64,000 nt of DNA, taken from Camelus ferus. Taxonomy: Eukaryota. Where the stretch lies: assembly GCF_009834535.1 (NCBI RefSeq), contig NC_045721.1:23622001-23686000 (forward strand). Direction: 5' to 3'. Below, one piece after another: positions 23,340-39,042 of the stretch (its first letter is position 1; every line of letters starts with the position of its first letter). A program made the translations under genes and the position numbers. Below the pieces are notes generated by a model. It did no database searches. It was not told the origin of the DNA and was given only the letters and a program-made list of their open reading frames with translations.

Positions 23340-25655
23340 GATCTCTGAGATGAATGCCTGAGGCAGCCTGCCCTCGCGCTCCCAGGAGATGAGGCAGATG
23401 GCAGGCGGATACAGCAGACCTGCAGGTGAGGATGCCACATAGGGGCAGCAGGGGCCCTTGGGGGAGGGAGGCCCCTGGGTGGGCAGAGGCACGACTCCAC
23501 CCTGCAGGTCCCCTGGGGGAGCCGACTGTAGTTCCTGCTGATTCACTGAGCGCCTTTTCTTCCAAGCACAGGGGCAGGCGAGGACTGGACCTGCGAAGTC
23601 CCCGATGGGGCCCTCCTCCCCCAGCCCTTGGGTCCAGTAAAGAGGAGACCCAAGGCCATAAGGTCATTGGAATGCAGGATCCTTTAACCAGACTGGAAGG
23701 AGGAACTCAGCAACGGTGAGCAGTGTGGAAGGGTTAGCATGTCCTAGTTTACTAAGACCCCAGAGAGGTGCCCTGTCTCTCCACCCCTATGCCACATGCA
23801 CGGCCATCTCCAGGTAAGGACAGGCAGCCACGAGAGAAACATGCAAGGCATCTTGGTGCTCCCTGGGTCCACATCCTACCCTTGGAGAACCCCTAAGGGG
23901 AGAGAGCTGTTTCCATCTGGGAACTTGGCGCAGGACAGCAACAAAACAATAGAACTAATGAATGGGGAAACCTGGGGAACTACCCGGAGTTGACGGGTGG
24001 ATCTGAGATGAGGGGAGGGCAGTTGGGGCAAAGTTCACAGCACTTCAGTGTCCCCACACCCTAAACACCGAGTAAGACTGAGCCCCGGGATGCTTATCCG
24101 TACTGGGGACAGGGCACTGGGGCACATCCACTCATGGTGCTTTTTTTTTGCAGGCAGGAAAAGCAGCTGAGGAGGCCTTGTGATCCAGAAATAGACACAA
24201 GGAGACGCCGAGGGAGAAGGCAACAGAGCTGAAGGAGCCGACGGCATCAGGCGACTCTGACGGTGGGTCTCTGCTCGGTACCGGAGCCGTGTCCCCTCTG
24301 GGGAGCCTGCAATTGCTTCACCCAAATGTGCATTTCCTAACGTTTCCTTCTGTCCCAGTGACTCCAGATTATTCGTGATCTTCAGCTGCCAACTTTCCTT
24401 CAATTATGTGTGTTCATGTGGTTACTCGCAGGTCTGTCAATAGCCTGCTATTGGGGGCATATGGAATTGATTTAATCCGATGCCTCCACAACTGAGACTC
24501 AAAGGCAAGAATATCGTTTAAATTGTAATGAATATTCTCAAATCGTCCATCACACACATTAGCCATTAAACTGCCTTAAGAACAGCATTCGCTCCGACAC
24601 TCCCCGAGGACTGAATGAAAATGCTCATTTCCCTTTAATTAACAAGAGACTGTATTTTAAAACATTTTATTTTCCAGTTTGGTGAGAATTGTAAGAAGTT
24701 GATACTGTAATCTATTGTTTCCTCCTCATCACTGGGTTGGGTTTCTTTTCATATTACAATGAATTAAAACATACTAATTTTACTGTTAAATTTATTTTTT
24801 ATGCTCCAAGCCCTTTAATTCGACTGATTTCCATTTTCCATTTGGTTGAGACCAATCTTAACACATATTCTGTGTGTGGTGTCCTGTCTTACAGCGCCCG
24901 CAGACCAGTGCCCATGCAAACACCGAGGAGACACTGTCCCAGACTGTGCTCACAGGCCGGCCACCTCCCACGGAATCTGCCCTGGGGTGGTCGTGGAGTG
25001 GAAATCACTGACTCCCCAGCCCACCGTCCTGTGCTTTGTCCAGGACCCTCCCTCACTGTCCAGCCCACAGACAGCAGACCTGATGTTGGCTCCCATGATT
25101 TCCCCAGACTGCCACCAACATACTTGGCCCCGGCCCTGCCCTCACACCCCAGGTCCAAGCCAAGTACCTGATTTGAAGTCAAAGCCAAGCCCCCATCTTG
25201 CCCCCGCCAGACTGAGCCAGGACTCCAAGCTCTGCATCCTGGCACCAGGTGAGGGATCTGCCTGGGTCCCCATCCACAATGCCAGAATCCCTCAAAAGGC
25301 CCTTTCCAGACCCTCAGAAAAGCACTCAGAGGCCAGTTCAGGGAGGCTGTCCAGACTTTGTGGTCTCTGCTCAGCAGATGGACGTGGACGCAGGACATTG
25401 CCAGGTGACCTGAAGGATGCCTGCTCAGATGGCCAGCACTGACCTCCAGTGAGCGGACCTGATGACTGCCCAGGCCGGCGGGCTCCCCATCCTCCCCACC
25501 ACCCAGCCTCGTTCCAGGCGAGCCCCTAGTGGTCTGTGCTAGGTTGACTCAAATGACTCTGAAGGACACTGTCTCTGTCCCATTGCTTTTCTCTGGGATG
25601 ACTTTGTGCAGTCACTGGAGTGAGAAACTCTCCAGTAGCTGAGACTCGACTTTCA
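23340..25655 (+). pseudogene. FAM90A-family pseudogene, unprocessed, inverted relative to the intact copy
   Basis: Exon-1 remnant QPALALPGDEADGR (23364-23405); exon-2 remnant (DGALLPQPLG) ending 23715 with donor gtgagcagtgtgg identical to the intact copy; 109-nt exon 3 at 24154-24262 with in-frame TGA; last exon from 24895 with LSQDSK..AWVPIH, GPFQT, RMPAQMASTDLQ*, TAQA, SSS*DS spread across frames. Confidence 0.85.
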
Positions 25656-25780
25656 GTCTCAAATACCTGGAGGAGACAGCAGACTGAGCAGGCGGAAGCA
25701 CGGCAGCAGGCTCCGTCGGATGAACAGGACTCCCCAGCCCCGGTGCACGTGCAGAGAAGGACCCCTGTGCCACCCTGGGA

Positions 25781-25781
<1 letters not shown>

Positions 25782-25812
<31 letters not shown>
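25782..25812. repeat. (AC)~15 microsatellite
   Basis: Perfect AC run. Confidence 0.97.
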
Positions 25813-25813
<1 letters not shown>

Positions 25814-27643
25814 CCTGTTCTGACTACGTCCCTTTCGGGTGAATTCAAGATGGAATGTATGAAACTGGCATAGGGGAGGTTTTTAATTCAGTTAATTGTG
25901 TAATAAGCTGAGTAAAACTGGCATAAGTATTTAATTATAACTAAGGAGCTGTGAAATTAATCTGAACTTTGGGAAACTCTGGTTAAACTGAGCTCCGGGC
26001 TCTGTATCTTCTGAGAACTGCCCTGTCCTGACACAGAGTTCTGTTTCTGTGTGTTTTATAGAAACCAGTGCTTTTTAAAATTCAGTCTCACTGTAGAGTT
26101 GTGTTTTTAAAGCGTCTTTCAATGTTAATAAACCCTCAAAATATGACATATTGTGCCTGCTTTTATTTCTAGACATCACTGGTCAATTTTATATTACTTT
26201 AATTTCTAAAGCCGCTACTCCTGATGTAAAGGTGGAACTCGGCCCTGAGGCTTTCTAGAAATGCAGTCCCTTGGGTATCCAGAGCTCAACTGTCAGACAC
26301 AGGGCTGGAGTCTCCCTGGTGGATTACACTAGATACCTGATCCTGTCCCCGTGACCCACTGGGCCAGTCAAGGTCCCTGCTGTGTCACCACCAGGCGTGG
26401 ATGGAGACAGCCGGTTGGTGGGAAGCTGCGATGAGCCGTGTGGGAGGAGCTGCCGAGGAAGGCGAGACCCAGAGCACGGCTGCATCTCACCCACACGCCG
26501 TGGACTGCAGACTCAGATCTGTGTTCACAGCCACAGAAGGAAAACCAGAACTTCAGCAACGTACGAGATGTTTCAGCAACAGGGTTTACTGTTGAAGTAT
26601 TTACAATTAATCATCCATCGACAAAGTTTTAATTTCTTAACAAAATTCTGCATTCAGTATTCCTACATCTTCACTATCTTGCATTCATAGGTCAGATTTT
26701 CCCTGTTAATAGTTTTCTCAAAATTCTCATTTGCTGAATTTTATGTTAAAAGGCTCTTTTAACATATTGATCACCCACTGTGGATCGGGTGCCCCTGAGG
26801 AAACCCAACTGTCACCCAGATTTGGGTGACATGGTGACCAATGCTACAGGTTTCCCCCTTCCCCTGGCCCCTCAAACTTAATTTTCTAAACGTGGAATCT
26901 AGAGGTTTTCTCCACTTTAATTTTAGGATCACTGTCTGCTCGCTGTGAGAACCTTAAAGTTGATTATGAAAAGAGAGATCACCAAAGACTTCCCTTCCTT
27001 CATGACGCGCGTACGGGGAATCCACACGCGCACCACCCAGGCACGGGCACCCCCGGTGCTGCTCTGGGAACTAAGGGCTTCTCATGGACTCACTTCTCCA
27101 GGACGAGTTACCTGGTACTCCGCAAGAGCCTTCGTCCTCACAGCCTGTTTCAGTCGTTGTTAAACTCAGTGGTTATTCCTCCACCGAGTTTCTTGCGCAC
27201 ATCAAGCCCGTGCCTGGCTGAATGCTGTCCCCAGTGAGTACAGACCTAGGTTCTCCCAAGTAGAGCTTGCTCAAGCTGTTTAACTGTGAGTTCTACATGA
27301 AAGCACGTCCACCGTGATTGCAGGCCTGGGTTCTCCACGGCGCAAGCCCTCCAGCGTGTTTTCAGCTTAGAGCGCTCGCTAGAGGCTTCTACTTCCTCAC
27401 ATTTTCAGCATGAGTTCTCTCGCGTCATCTCTGCTCAGAACACCGACTGAAGGTTTCACCACACCGATGTCATACGTATGGATTCTCTCTCACATACACT
27501 TGCACACGTCAAATTCAGTAAGGATGACTGAAGCCTCTTCCACATTGATTAGTGTTTCTTCGATGTGTGAGTCCTCCGGTGCATTTAAATGTTAAAGCTA
27601 TGGTGGCAGTCTTGTCCACATTCACTACCTTTATGACAGCACG

Positions 27644-31873
<4,230 letters not shown>

Positions 31874-34499
31874 CGTCAGTAACTCGGCTACCAGCGGTCT
31901 TTCTCCAGGTTTTCACTTGCAGACAGTCCAAGCATTAAGCAGGCAAAGCTGAGGACAGTGAAAGAAGCCATGAGACTCCTGCCTTGCGCACAACTTGCAG
32001 ACCAACATTCCGTGAAGCTCCAGCCTTCACCTGGGCATGGCGCCCAGCCTAACCAGCAAGCGAGCGGTGCACTCCGGGAGAAGCGCACAGAGGGCTCTCC
32101 TCCTCTCCCAGGGTCCAAAGTAGGACGGCGGTAACTACAGCCACTAACAAAACACAGGAATACAGGCAGCTTACGGGCAGCAACACCGAGCGCGCTGAGC
32201 TTTACACCGCAGGTGGACTGGCCCACGGCGCCCGGAGCCACTCAGGTCCCTCCCTGATTCGGAACCATAGTGATGCCGGGCGCGTGCCACGGGTAGGCTC
32301 TGGCTCCCTCCTGTAGGTAACCACGGAATTCCTCAGACCACTTCTCCTGCCCTAGGTAAGAACTTCAGAGAGGCCACCACTAGCCCCTTGTCAGACGCTA
32401 GACTGCCCATCAGCTCCAGGAACCACAGAGCTGTCAGCCTGGACAGGTTCACCCTCTGTCTGCCACTGAAGGCAGGACCAGGTCCAGGTCAAGGCTGTGC
32501 TAGAACAGCAGTGGAGAGAAGTCACATTCCTCAAAGAGCCACGACTTTGAAATTTCAGGGTTGTGCAGCCCCAGACTTGCAGGGGTTGGGGAAGTCTGGA
32601 GACTGGGCTTCCTCAAGGATATAACACGCAGCTGGAGTTTAGTCTGGTGAGGGCACCTCTCCCCAGCTTCCTTGACTAAAGCTAGAATGATCTCAGAACT
32701 CTTCATGCTTCCGATCAGGCATCGCCCCCTCCACTCAAGGATGGAAACCAGATCCCAAGTATCTTTGAAAGAGATGCCTTACAACAGTGGCCTCTCTCTG
32801 CAACACCCAGACATTCCAGTGAGCAAAGGACCAAAATCAACTGCCTTCAACTTGAATCAGGGAGTGGAATGATTCATATTCAAGGCCCTTAGGCAATATC
32901 AAAGCTCCACTAAGCCATTATATATGCCCCCTCCAAGGTCCTCAGTGTGCGCTCTGTGTAGGAACTGGTTTACAGTAGAGAACCTGACACATCTATGCAA
33001 ACAGAATCCATACGTACCCTGCAAAGTGTCAGGCATACGTCTCCACAGTGCACCATGTTCAGCTAGCATCTTCCAAAGCTTACAAACCCTGCAGAGGGAG
33101 AAAACTGACTTTCATCTCCAAACCCGAGGCCAGCCCACGGTTTCAGCTCTGAGCCCTTGCTCGCCTCCTCCATGACCACAAGGCCAGAAGATGGTTGGAT
33201 GTCCTGCTTCAGCTGTGCCCTAAGCCCTTATCCCAGTGTTTTCCCTGTTAGGGCGCTTGGACTGAGCCCTGTGCCCCACACCCCTCAAACATCTGCCTCT
33301 ACCTTGAGCTTGGAGGGACCCGAGGTACCTGCTCTTCAGAAAGTGAGAACAGCCCTCCCCCGGACACGGGCCCATACCTGGAGATTTGAATCCCCTCTGT
33401 AAAACACGAGAAGGAGGCTGTCTTCGGCATCACAGAGACAGGCGGTGACAGGGTGGTCCTCAAGCTCTGCTCTCTGCCTGTTGTGTGCGTGCACCGTGAG
33501 GAGGAGCTGGAATCCTCTAGGGTGAGTGGAGGGGGCTGAGGATCTAGAGGGTGATTTAAATGTCTGGGGCGTGATAGCTGGATTCTGGGCCCTGTTTCCT
33601 TTTGTGAGTTTCCTCTGGGAGTCACAATAATCTCAAGTATTTAACTCGTATTTTCCAGAACATCACATTAAACTATCAAAATACATATTAAGAAGACCTA
33701 ATTAGTAGCACTGGAAAACATGAGGTGGTCAGTAATGCAAAAAGTTCAGCAATTTATTCACGAAGAACAGCAGGGTTCTCTTCCAACTAATTCTGAGGAC
33801 AGTCCAGCTCACCCTGGATCATTTTCAGAGACACCGTAAAGGGAATATATACTTGGTTGGAAACTTCAGTTCACAGCCCACTCAGTTAAGAGATCATATA
33901 AGGGCAGAAAGATGTTGAATATCGGACTGGTTTATCTAGGTTTTGATTGTTAATATAAAAAATTACCAATATCCTTACCAAGAACACACTGAAATAGTGT
34001 AAAATTATTTACTAAGCACTAAAGAATATTTTCAATACTTGATAAAGACTGGAAAACCACTGAGACCTCATCAGAATCTGCCACAATACAAGTAAAAGGG
34101 AATGTAAGCTGGAAATTTACAAACAAAACTAATGAATCTGGGACCCACCCTTCCTTTGCCGGCAGCTCCTGCAGCTCATACCCCCTCCTCCTACTCTGTC
34201 CTGCTCCCCTCTCTGCTGATCCTCCTTCTATTTTCATTTACACCCCTGCTTCTTGCCCAGGTCACTCTCCTTCACTCTCACTGTCTTTCCAAGCCCATGG
34301 GATCCACTTCCCCATCTTCAATTTACCCCTGCTTTCTCTGTCTCACTCTGTCTCCCTGGTTCTCCCTTGACCTCTCTTTCCCCTTCCACCCCTGCCCCAC
34401 CTCCGCATTCACAGGCCTAGAATGAATACGCTCCAGCCCCGGAAGAGCACACTTCCCAGTGGGACGTCACTGGGAAGGTAAACACACCCTGGCAGGCAC

Positions 34500-35240
34500 A
34501 GCCGTGACAGGGGATTTGGGGCCCTGGAGTGTCGCAGGACGCGGGCGGGTAAACGCCCCAGCACGGGGCTCGGGGGCCTCTCTGAGGGCGCGACTGGGAA
34601 GGGGAGGCCGGCGGGCAGCAAGGCTGGCTCAGGAATGACGCGAGGATGGGCGGGAGACTCAGGACAGGACTGGGGTCGGCAGAGCCGGAGGAGGAGACGG
34701 CGAGGCGACCCGACGCCGCCCCCAAGGGTCGGAGAATACACCGCTCTGGGAGAGGGGGCCTGACGCGGCGCGGGGTGGGGAGCGGAGACGGTGAGAGAAC
34801 CAGGGCGGGAAGGTGGGAGCGGGGACCGGCCACGCAGCGATTTTACCGGAGACAGACGCAGGTCCGGGCCCGGCAGCACAGCGCCTGCCGACTAGGCGGG
34901 GATCCCCATGGGCGGGGCTGGCGCGGGCGGGGGCTGTAAGGTCCCCGGGGCCGCGGACGCCGGGGGTGGAGGACGCGGGGCTGGGGGCATCGACGCGCGA
35001 CTCTGAAGGAGAAATACTGAAACTCACTCCCGGAGACGGGACTCACTCCCGGAAACTGCTTCCGGGTAGGCAGGAAACGGAGAGCTCGAGTGGGGCGGGG
35101 CCTGGTGGGTGTGGGCGTGGCACCCCGCCCCACCCCCGGGGCGTTTCCGGTCCGGAAGTGCCGCCGCCCGTGGAAGCGGAGTCTCCAGTCTCCCGCCGCG
35201 CCCGCGGGAGCCTGTTGGGCGTCCGCCCTCCTTCAGGTTA
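34500..35240. promoter_or_regulatory. CpG island, probable promoter of the KRAB-ZNF gene
   Basis: Very GC- and CpG-rich stretch ~2.6 kb upstream of the ZNF ATG, with GC boxes and ETS/GABP motif CCGGAAGTG at 35152-35160. Confidence 0.75.
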
Positions 35241-35821
35241 AACGTTGACGCTGCTTTAATGTAAAAGCTTGGAGTTGTGAGGCCACTTATATTGAATGCG
35301 GAGATCTTTCCTTCTCAAAACATGGAAAAGATTTAAGTCCAAAACCCTTTTGAGGAGCGTGTCCCACGGGTCCTGTGACACCGTTAGGACAAGTGTGACG
35401 GACGCCCTGCGCCTTGTGAGACGAGGAAGAGGGAGCTCGGCGTCTGTCTGTCCAGGCAGGACGAAGAAGCGCGGCTTGCTCACGGCGGGACAGAGCGCCT
35501 GCAAGTCCGAAGGCCTCAGAATGAAGCCTGCCCTGCCAGCACCTCGGCCCTGGACCTCCCCGACTCCAGGGCTGAGCCGCCTGGTCTGTGGTATTTGGCT
35601 GTGGCAGCACGAACTAAGACAGATTTCCATAGTGAATAAAGACCTGGGTCATTCCACTAGGTGAGGAACCACGACCAGGTGCTGGCTGACGGGAAAGGAT
35701 CGTAGAGCCAACAGCGGAAGAGGTAGGTTTACATCCCAGCTGTGGCCCTGTGACCAGTTACAGCCGTGACGGTGTGGTTGTTACGAGTGCTTCCTTCTTA
35801 TTCCGTTATGATGTGTGTGTA

Positions 35822-36019
35822 CAGTTGACCCCTAAACATCGTGGGGGTGAGGGGCGCCAACCCCCTGCACAGTCAGAAATCGCTCCTCCAAGTCTAGGGT
35901 TCCACATCAGAGGTTTTAGCCAATCGCGGGTCGCGAAGTACTGTAGTATGTATTTATTGGGAAAAAAATCTGCATGTAAGTGGACTTGCTCAGTTCAAAT
36001 GCTGTTCAGGGGTCAGTTG
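35822..36019. mobile_element. Tigger2-type TcMar MITE
   Basis: Imperfect TIRs CAGTTGACCCCTAAACA ... TGTTCAGGGGTCAGTTG, TA at the left flank. Confidence 0.8.
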
Positions 36020-36329
36020 TTTATGGCGAGTGACTGTTTTCTTCAGTCTCTTCCCTCATGTAATTTAAGATGTATTGACTTTATGTCATAGTACTTAAGC
36101 ACTGTTAATTTTACATCATAATATTTAAATCATAGGATGTCAAGGAGAAGAGTAAACCTCACTCAAGGATTTCACATCCGCTGCAGAGGGAGCTTGTGTG
36201 TTTTCCGTTGTATGAAGGACAGGTGCATCATTTTAGGGGGAATTGTGGCCTGGTTACTGTCTTTATTTGGACACTGAGCATTAAGGTTTAAGGAGATGTG
36301 TGTAGGCGCCAAGTTGACGGGGGCAAACT

Positions 36330-36610
36330 AATGATGGCTGGTTTTATTTCTCAACTTGCTTGGGCCACAGGGTACCCAGATACTTGGTTGAATATTGTTC
36401 TGGGCGTATCCCTGAATGTGATTCTGGGTGGAACAAACATTTGCGGCAGTGAACTGAGTGAAGCCTATTGCCTTTCCCGAGTGGTGGTCTCACCAAGTCC
36501 GGTAAAAGCCTGCCTAGATCGAAAGGCTGAGCAAGAGGGAATTGGCTCGCTCTCTCTCTGCCTTTTTGTCTTCAAGCCGGGACATGCATTAAGCCCCCAC
36601 GTTGCTGCGC
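36330..36610 (+). mobile_element. MLT2-type ERVL LTR
   Basis: tgatggctggttttatttctcaacttgcttgggccacagggtacccagatacttgg..aaaggctgagcaagagggaatt..gccgggacat follows recalled MLT2 consensus. Confidence 0.75.
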
Positions 36611-38061
36611 CTTTCGCCGCCTATTCCATCCAGGCCTGCGGAGGTCCAGACACCTGGGTTTGCTCTTGGTTAGAGAAGGTCCGGGAGGAGTAGCGCGTGG
36701 TGCTTCTGACCAGCAGGGGGCGCCACCGGCCTGCACAAGCATTTCACATGCTTCTTGGAGAATGGAAAATTACTCAGGCTGTCAGGTCTCCATCTCTGTG
36801 CCTTGCGGTGCAGCATGGGTGTTTCTTGGCCCATAAGGGGACAGTGAGTATTTCTAGAGGCTTAGGTAGGCCCAGATCTCCCTCGTTGTGCCTCTATTTT
36901 TGGCAACAGTAGATCCTGGGCTCTGAGCTATGGTGGAAAATTCTCAGGATTCGTAGGCAGTCACTGACACATTTTCCAGCCTTTCCAGGATGCCAAGAGC
37001 AAGGGTGGGGCACCCAAGTGGCATTAGAAATCTCAGGGTGGCTCTAGTGAGCCAAGGAGGCTTCCTGGGTCCTCCAGGTCTGCACGGGACAGTGCTGATC
37101 CCTGGAGGATATCCATTTCTAGAAGCTCAGCTAACCTAGGGACATCCTCTCCTGGGCTCCCTGCCAGCACCGGTGGGCACGTGCCTCAGGAGCATTTAAG
37201 GAGGCTAGTGCCACCAGAGGAGACCAAGTGGTGAAGCTGGAGAGATGCCGCCTCGGTGTGAACATCGGTCCTTTGGGGAAACAGCAGTAGAGGTCGCCAG
37301 TAAACAGGACCCCTCCTGTGAATAGAGAAACTGTATTCAATGTTACACAGTAACAACTGCCAAAATAATCCACAATAAGAAACATAATAAAAATTGTGAT
37401 GAAAACAAGTGTGACAGGATGATGATCACAATGACATTTACACTAATGATACTAATTTAAAAAAACCTAAGGGGATGAGAGATTAGAGTACAGACCCCAC
37501 CCCCACCCCCGAAGTAAATGACTAGGTACCCATCCATCCTCATGGGGTATTTTAGACCTAGACTAGATTTTCACAAGTTATTCCATAAGGCAAGACCAAG
37601 TAGCCTGATGACGTAGGAAACCAACCAGGTCAAGGGTAAGGCTGAACTTGGGACTCACGTGCACATTCCTGGAGGGGAGCCCCAAGGAATGGGGGCAGAA
37701 GAACTGTGATCGGAGCCTGCCAATCACATGACACCCATGGAATTTCAGAACTTTGGCCGGGTGGGTGTCAGCCCTGAGTGCCACGCAAGGAAGGCAGGCA
37801 GGAGCCAGATCCACACCATGTTCAGAAGCCACGCCTGCCACGTACATTAAGCCCCCAGCATTTTCTCAGCCCTCAGCACCTGGCTGTCCTGCTGTCCCTT
37901 CCATCTGACTCAGGGGGGCCAGTTGGCTTCACTTGCATATCCTGGGGTTTGAGCTATTGGTATGAGGCACCCTGTCTGTCTCCCAGTCCAGCAGGGGGCG
38001 GCAGAGGATAGCACAGGAGACTTTCTCTGCTTTTAGGAGAACCTAGGTAACTCTGAGGTCC

Positions 38062-39042
38062 CTAAGATACGTGAGTGGTCACCATCCTGTGCCTTCCAGT
38101 GCAGCACCAGCCTTTCCTGCAATAAGGAGGGGACTTTAAACATTTAATGCCCCATGGTGGGTCCCCAGCTCTGGGTTGAGGTAGAAAATTCCAAGTAACT
38201 TTTTCTCCAACCTCTTCAAGAAGGCAGGAGCTGTTCCTTGGACCCCAAGTAAACTTAGAAAATATTTTGGTGACTATCGCCAGCCAAAGACTTACTCCCA
38301 GTGTCTCCCAGCTCGCCGCAAGGGTGATATGGGTCTTCGAGGAAGCTTGTAATGTCATTAAAGTTTCAGTCAGGTCACTGGGATCCTAGTTTCATCTCAG
38401 TTTTCAAGACCTCTAGATCCTGTTCCTCCCCTGAATGTGGAAGGGCACACTCAGGTGAGCCTCTGCATGTCGGTGCTATTTTAGAAGAGTGGGGGTTGAA
38501 AGGAAGAAGGAGAAGCCAGGGTTGGGGATAAAGCCACAGGGACAAAGTCAAGCCCCAGTGATGACTAGCGCTGGGTTTGTTTTCTGAGAGTAACACAGAA
38601 ATCCTTCTGGGTTGGTCCCCATCACTTCCCTTTGCTGGGTCCTCAGAGCTGTGTCATAGCCCACTCTGTTGCCAGTGTCTTAAAACCACTAATTCTTGGA
38701 GAACATGAGCAGAGTTTTAGAGGCAAAGAAGTGTTAGGAAAATGTGGTGTTTTCTGTTACCCTGTTCATTTTCAGTGAGGAGGCAGAGATGGTTCTGGAA
38801 GGCCTGTCTGGCTCACAGTCAGGAGATGTGCAGGGTCAGATGACTGCAGCTCCCCGGTCACTGGCTTCCCACGGGGCTCCTTCTCAGTGTGTAGATCCTG
38901 GGCATTTTGTCTTGGTGCAGGATTCTCTCAAACCCTCATGTTCTCAAAACTTGCCAAGGCTTTTATAAATTAGTTTTGCTACCTGGTGAGACTTGGTTCA
39001 GAAAAGAATAAAATGGCAAAGGAGAATGACAGTGGATCCCAT
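38062..39042 (-). pseudogene. Candidate decayed beta-defensin (DEFB108-like)
   Basis: Exon-1-like 39042-38983: TATAAA, ATG, ..FAILFF / LNQVSP-G with CCAG|gtagc donor, but 60 nt and an in-frame TGA. Exon-2-like from 38273 (phase 1): W-GPRNSS-C ... KCLKSPPYC, resembling DEFB108 C-ERPNGS-C ... RCLNSQPCC. Confidence 0.45.

Noticed and set aside
34132-34425. Hydrophobic LLILLLFS ORF resembling a defensin signal peptide
   Set aside because: Product of a pyrimidine-rich low-complexity tract; no suitable ATG spacing or partner exon.
37131-37385. ORF with GSC..YCCFP as an alternative defensin exon 2
   Set aside because: The candidate acceptor lies after the first cysteines, and the spacing does not fit the six-Cys motif in any single frame.
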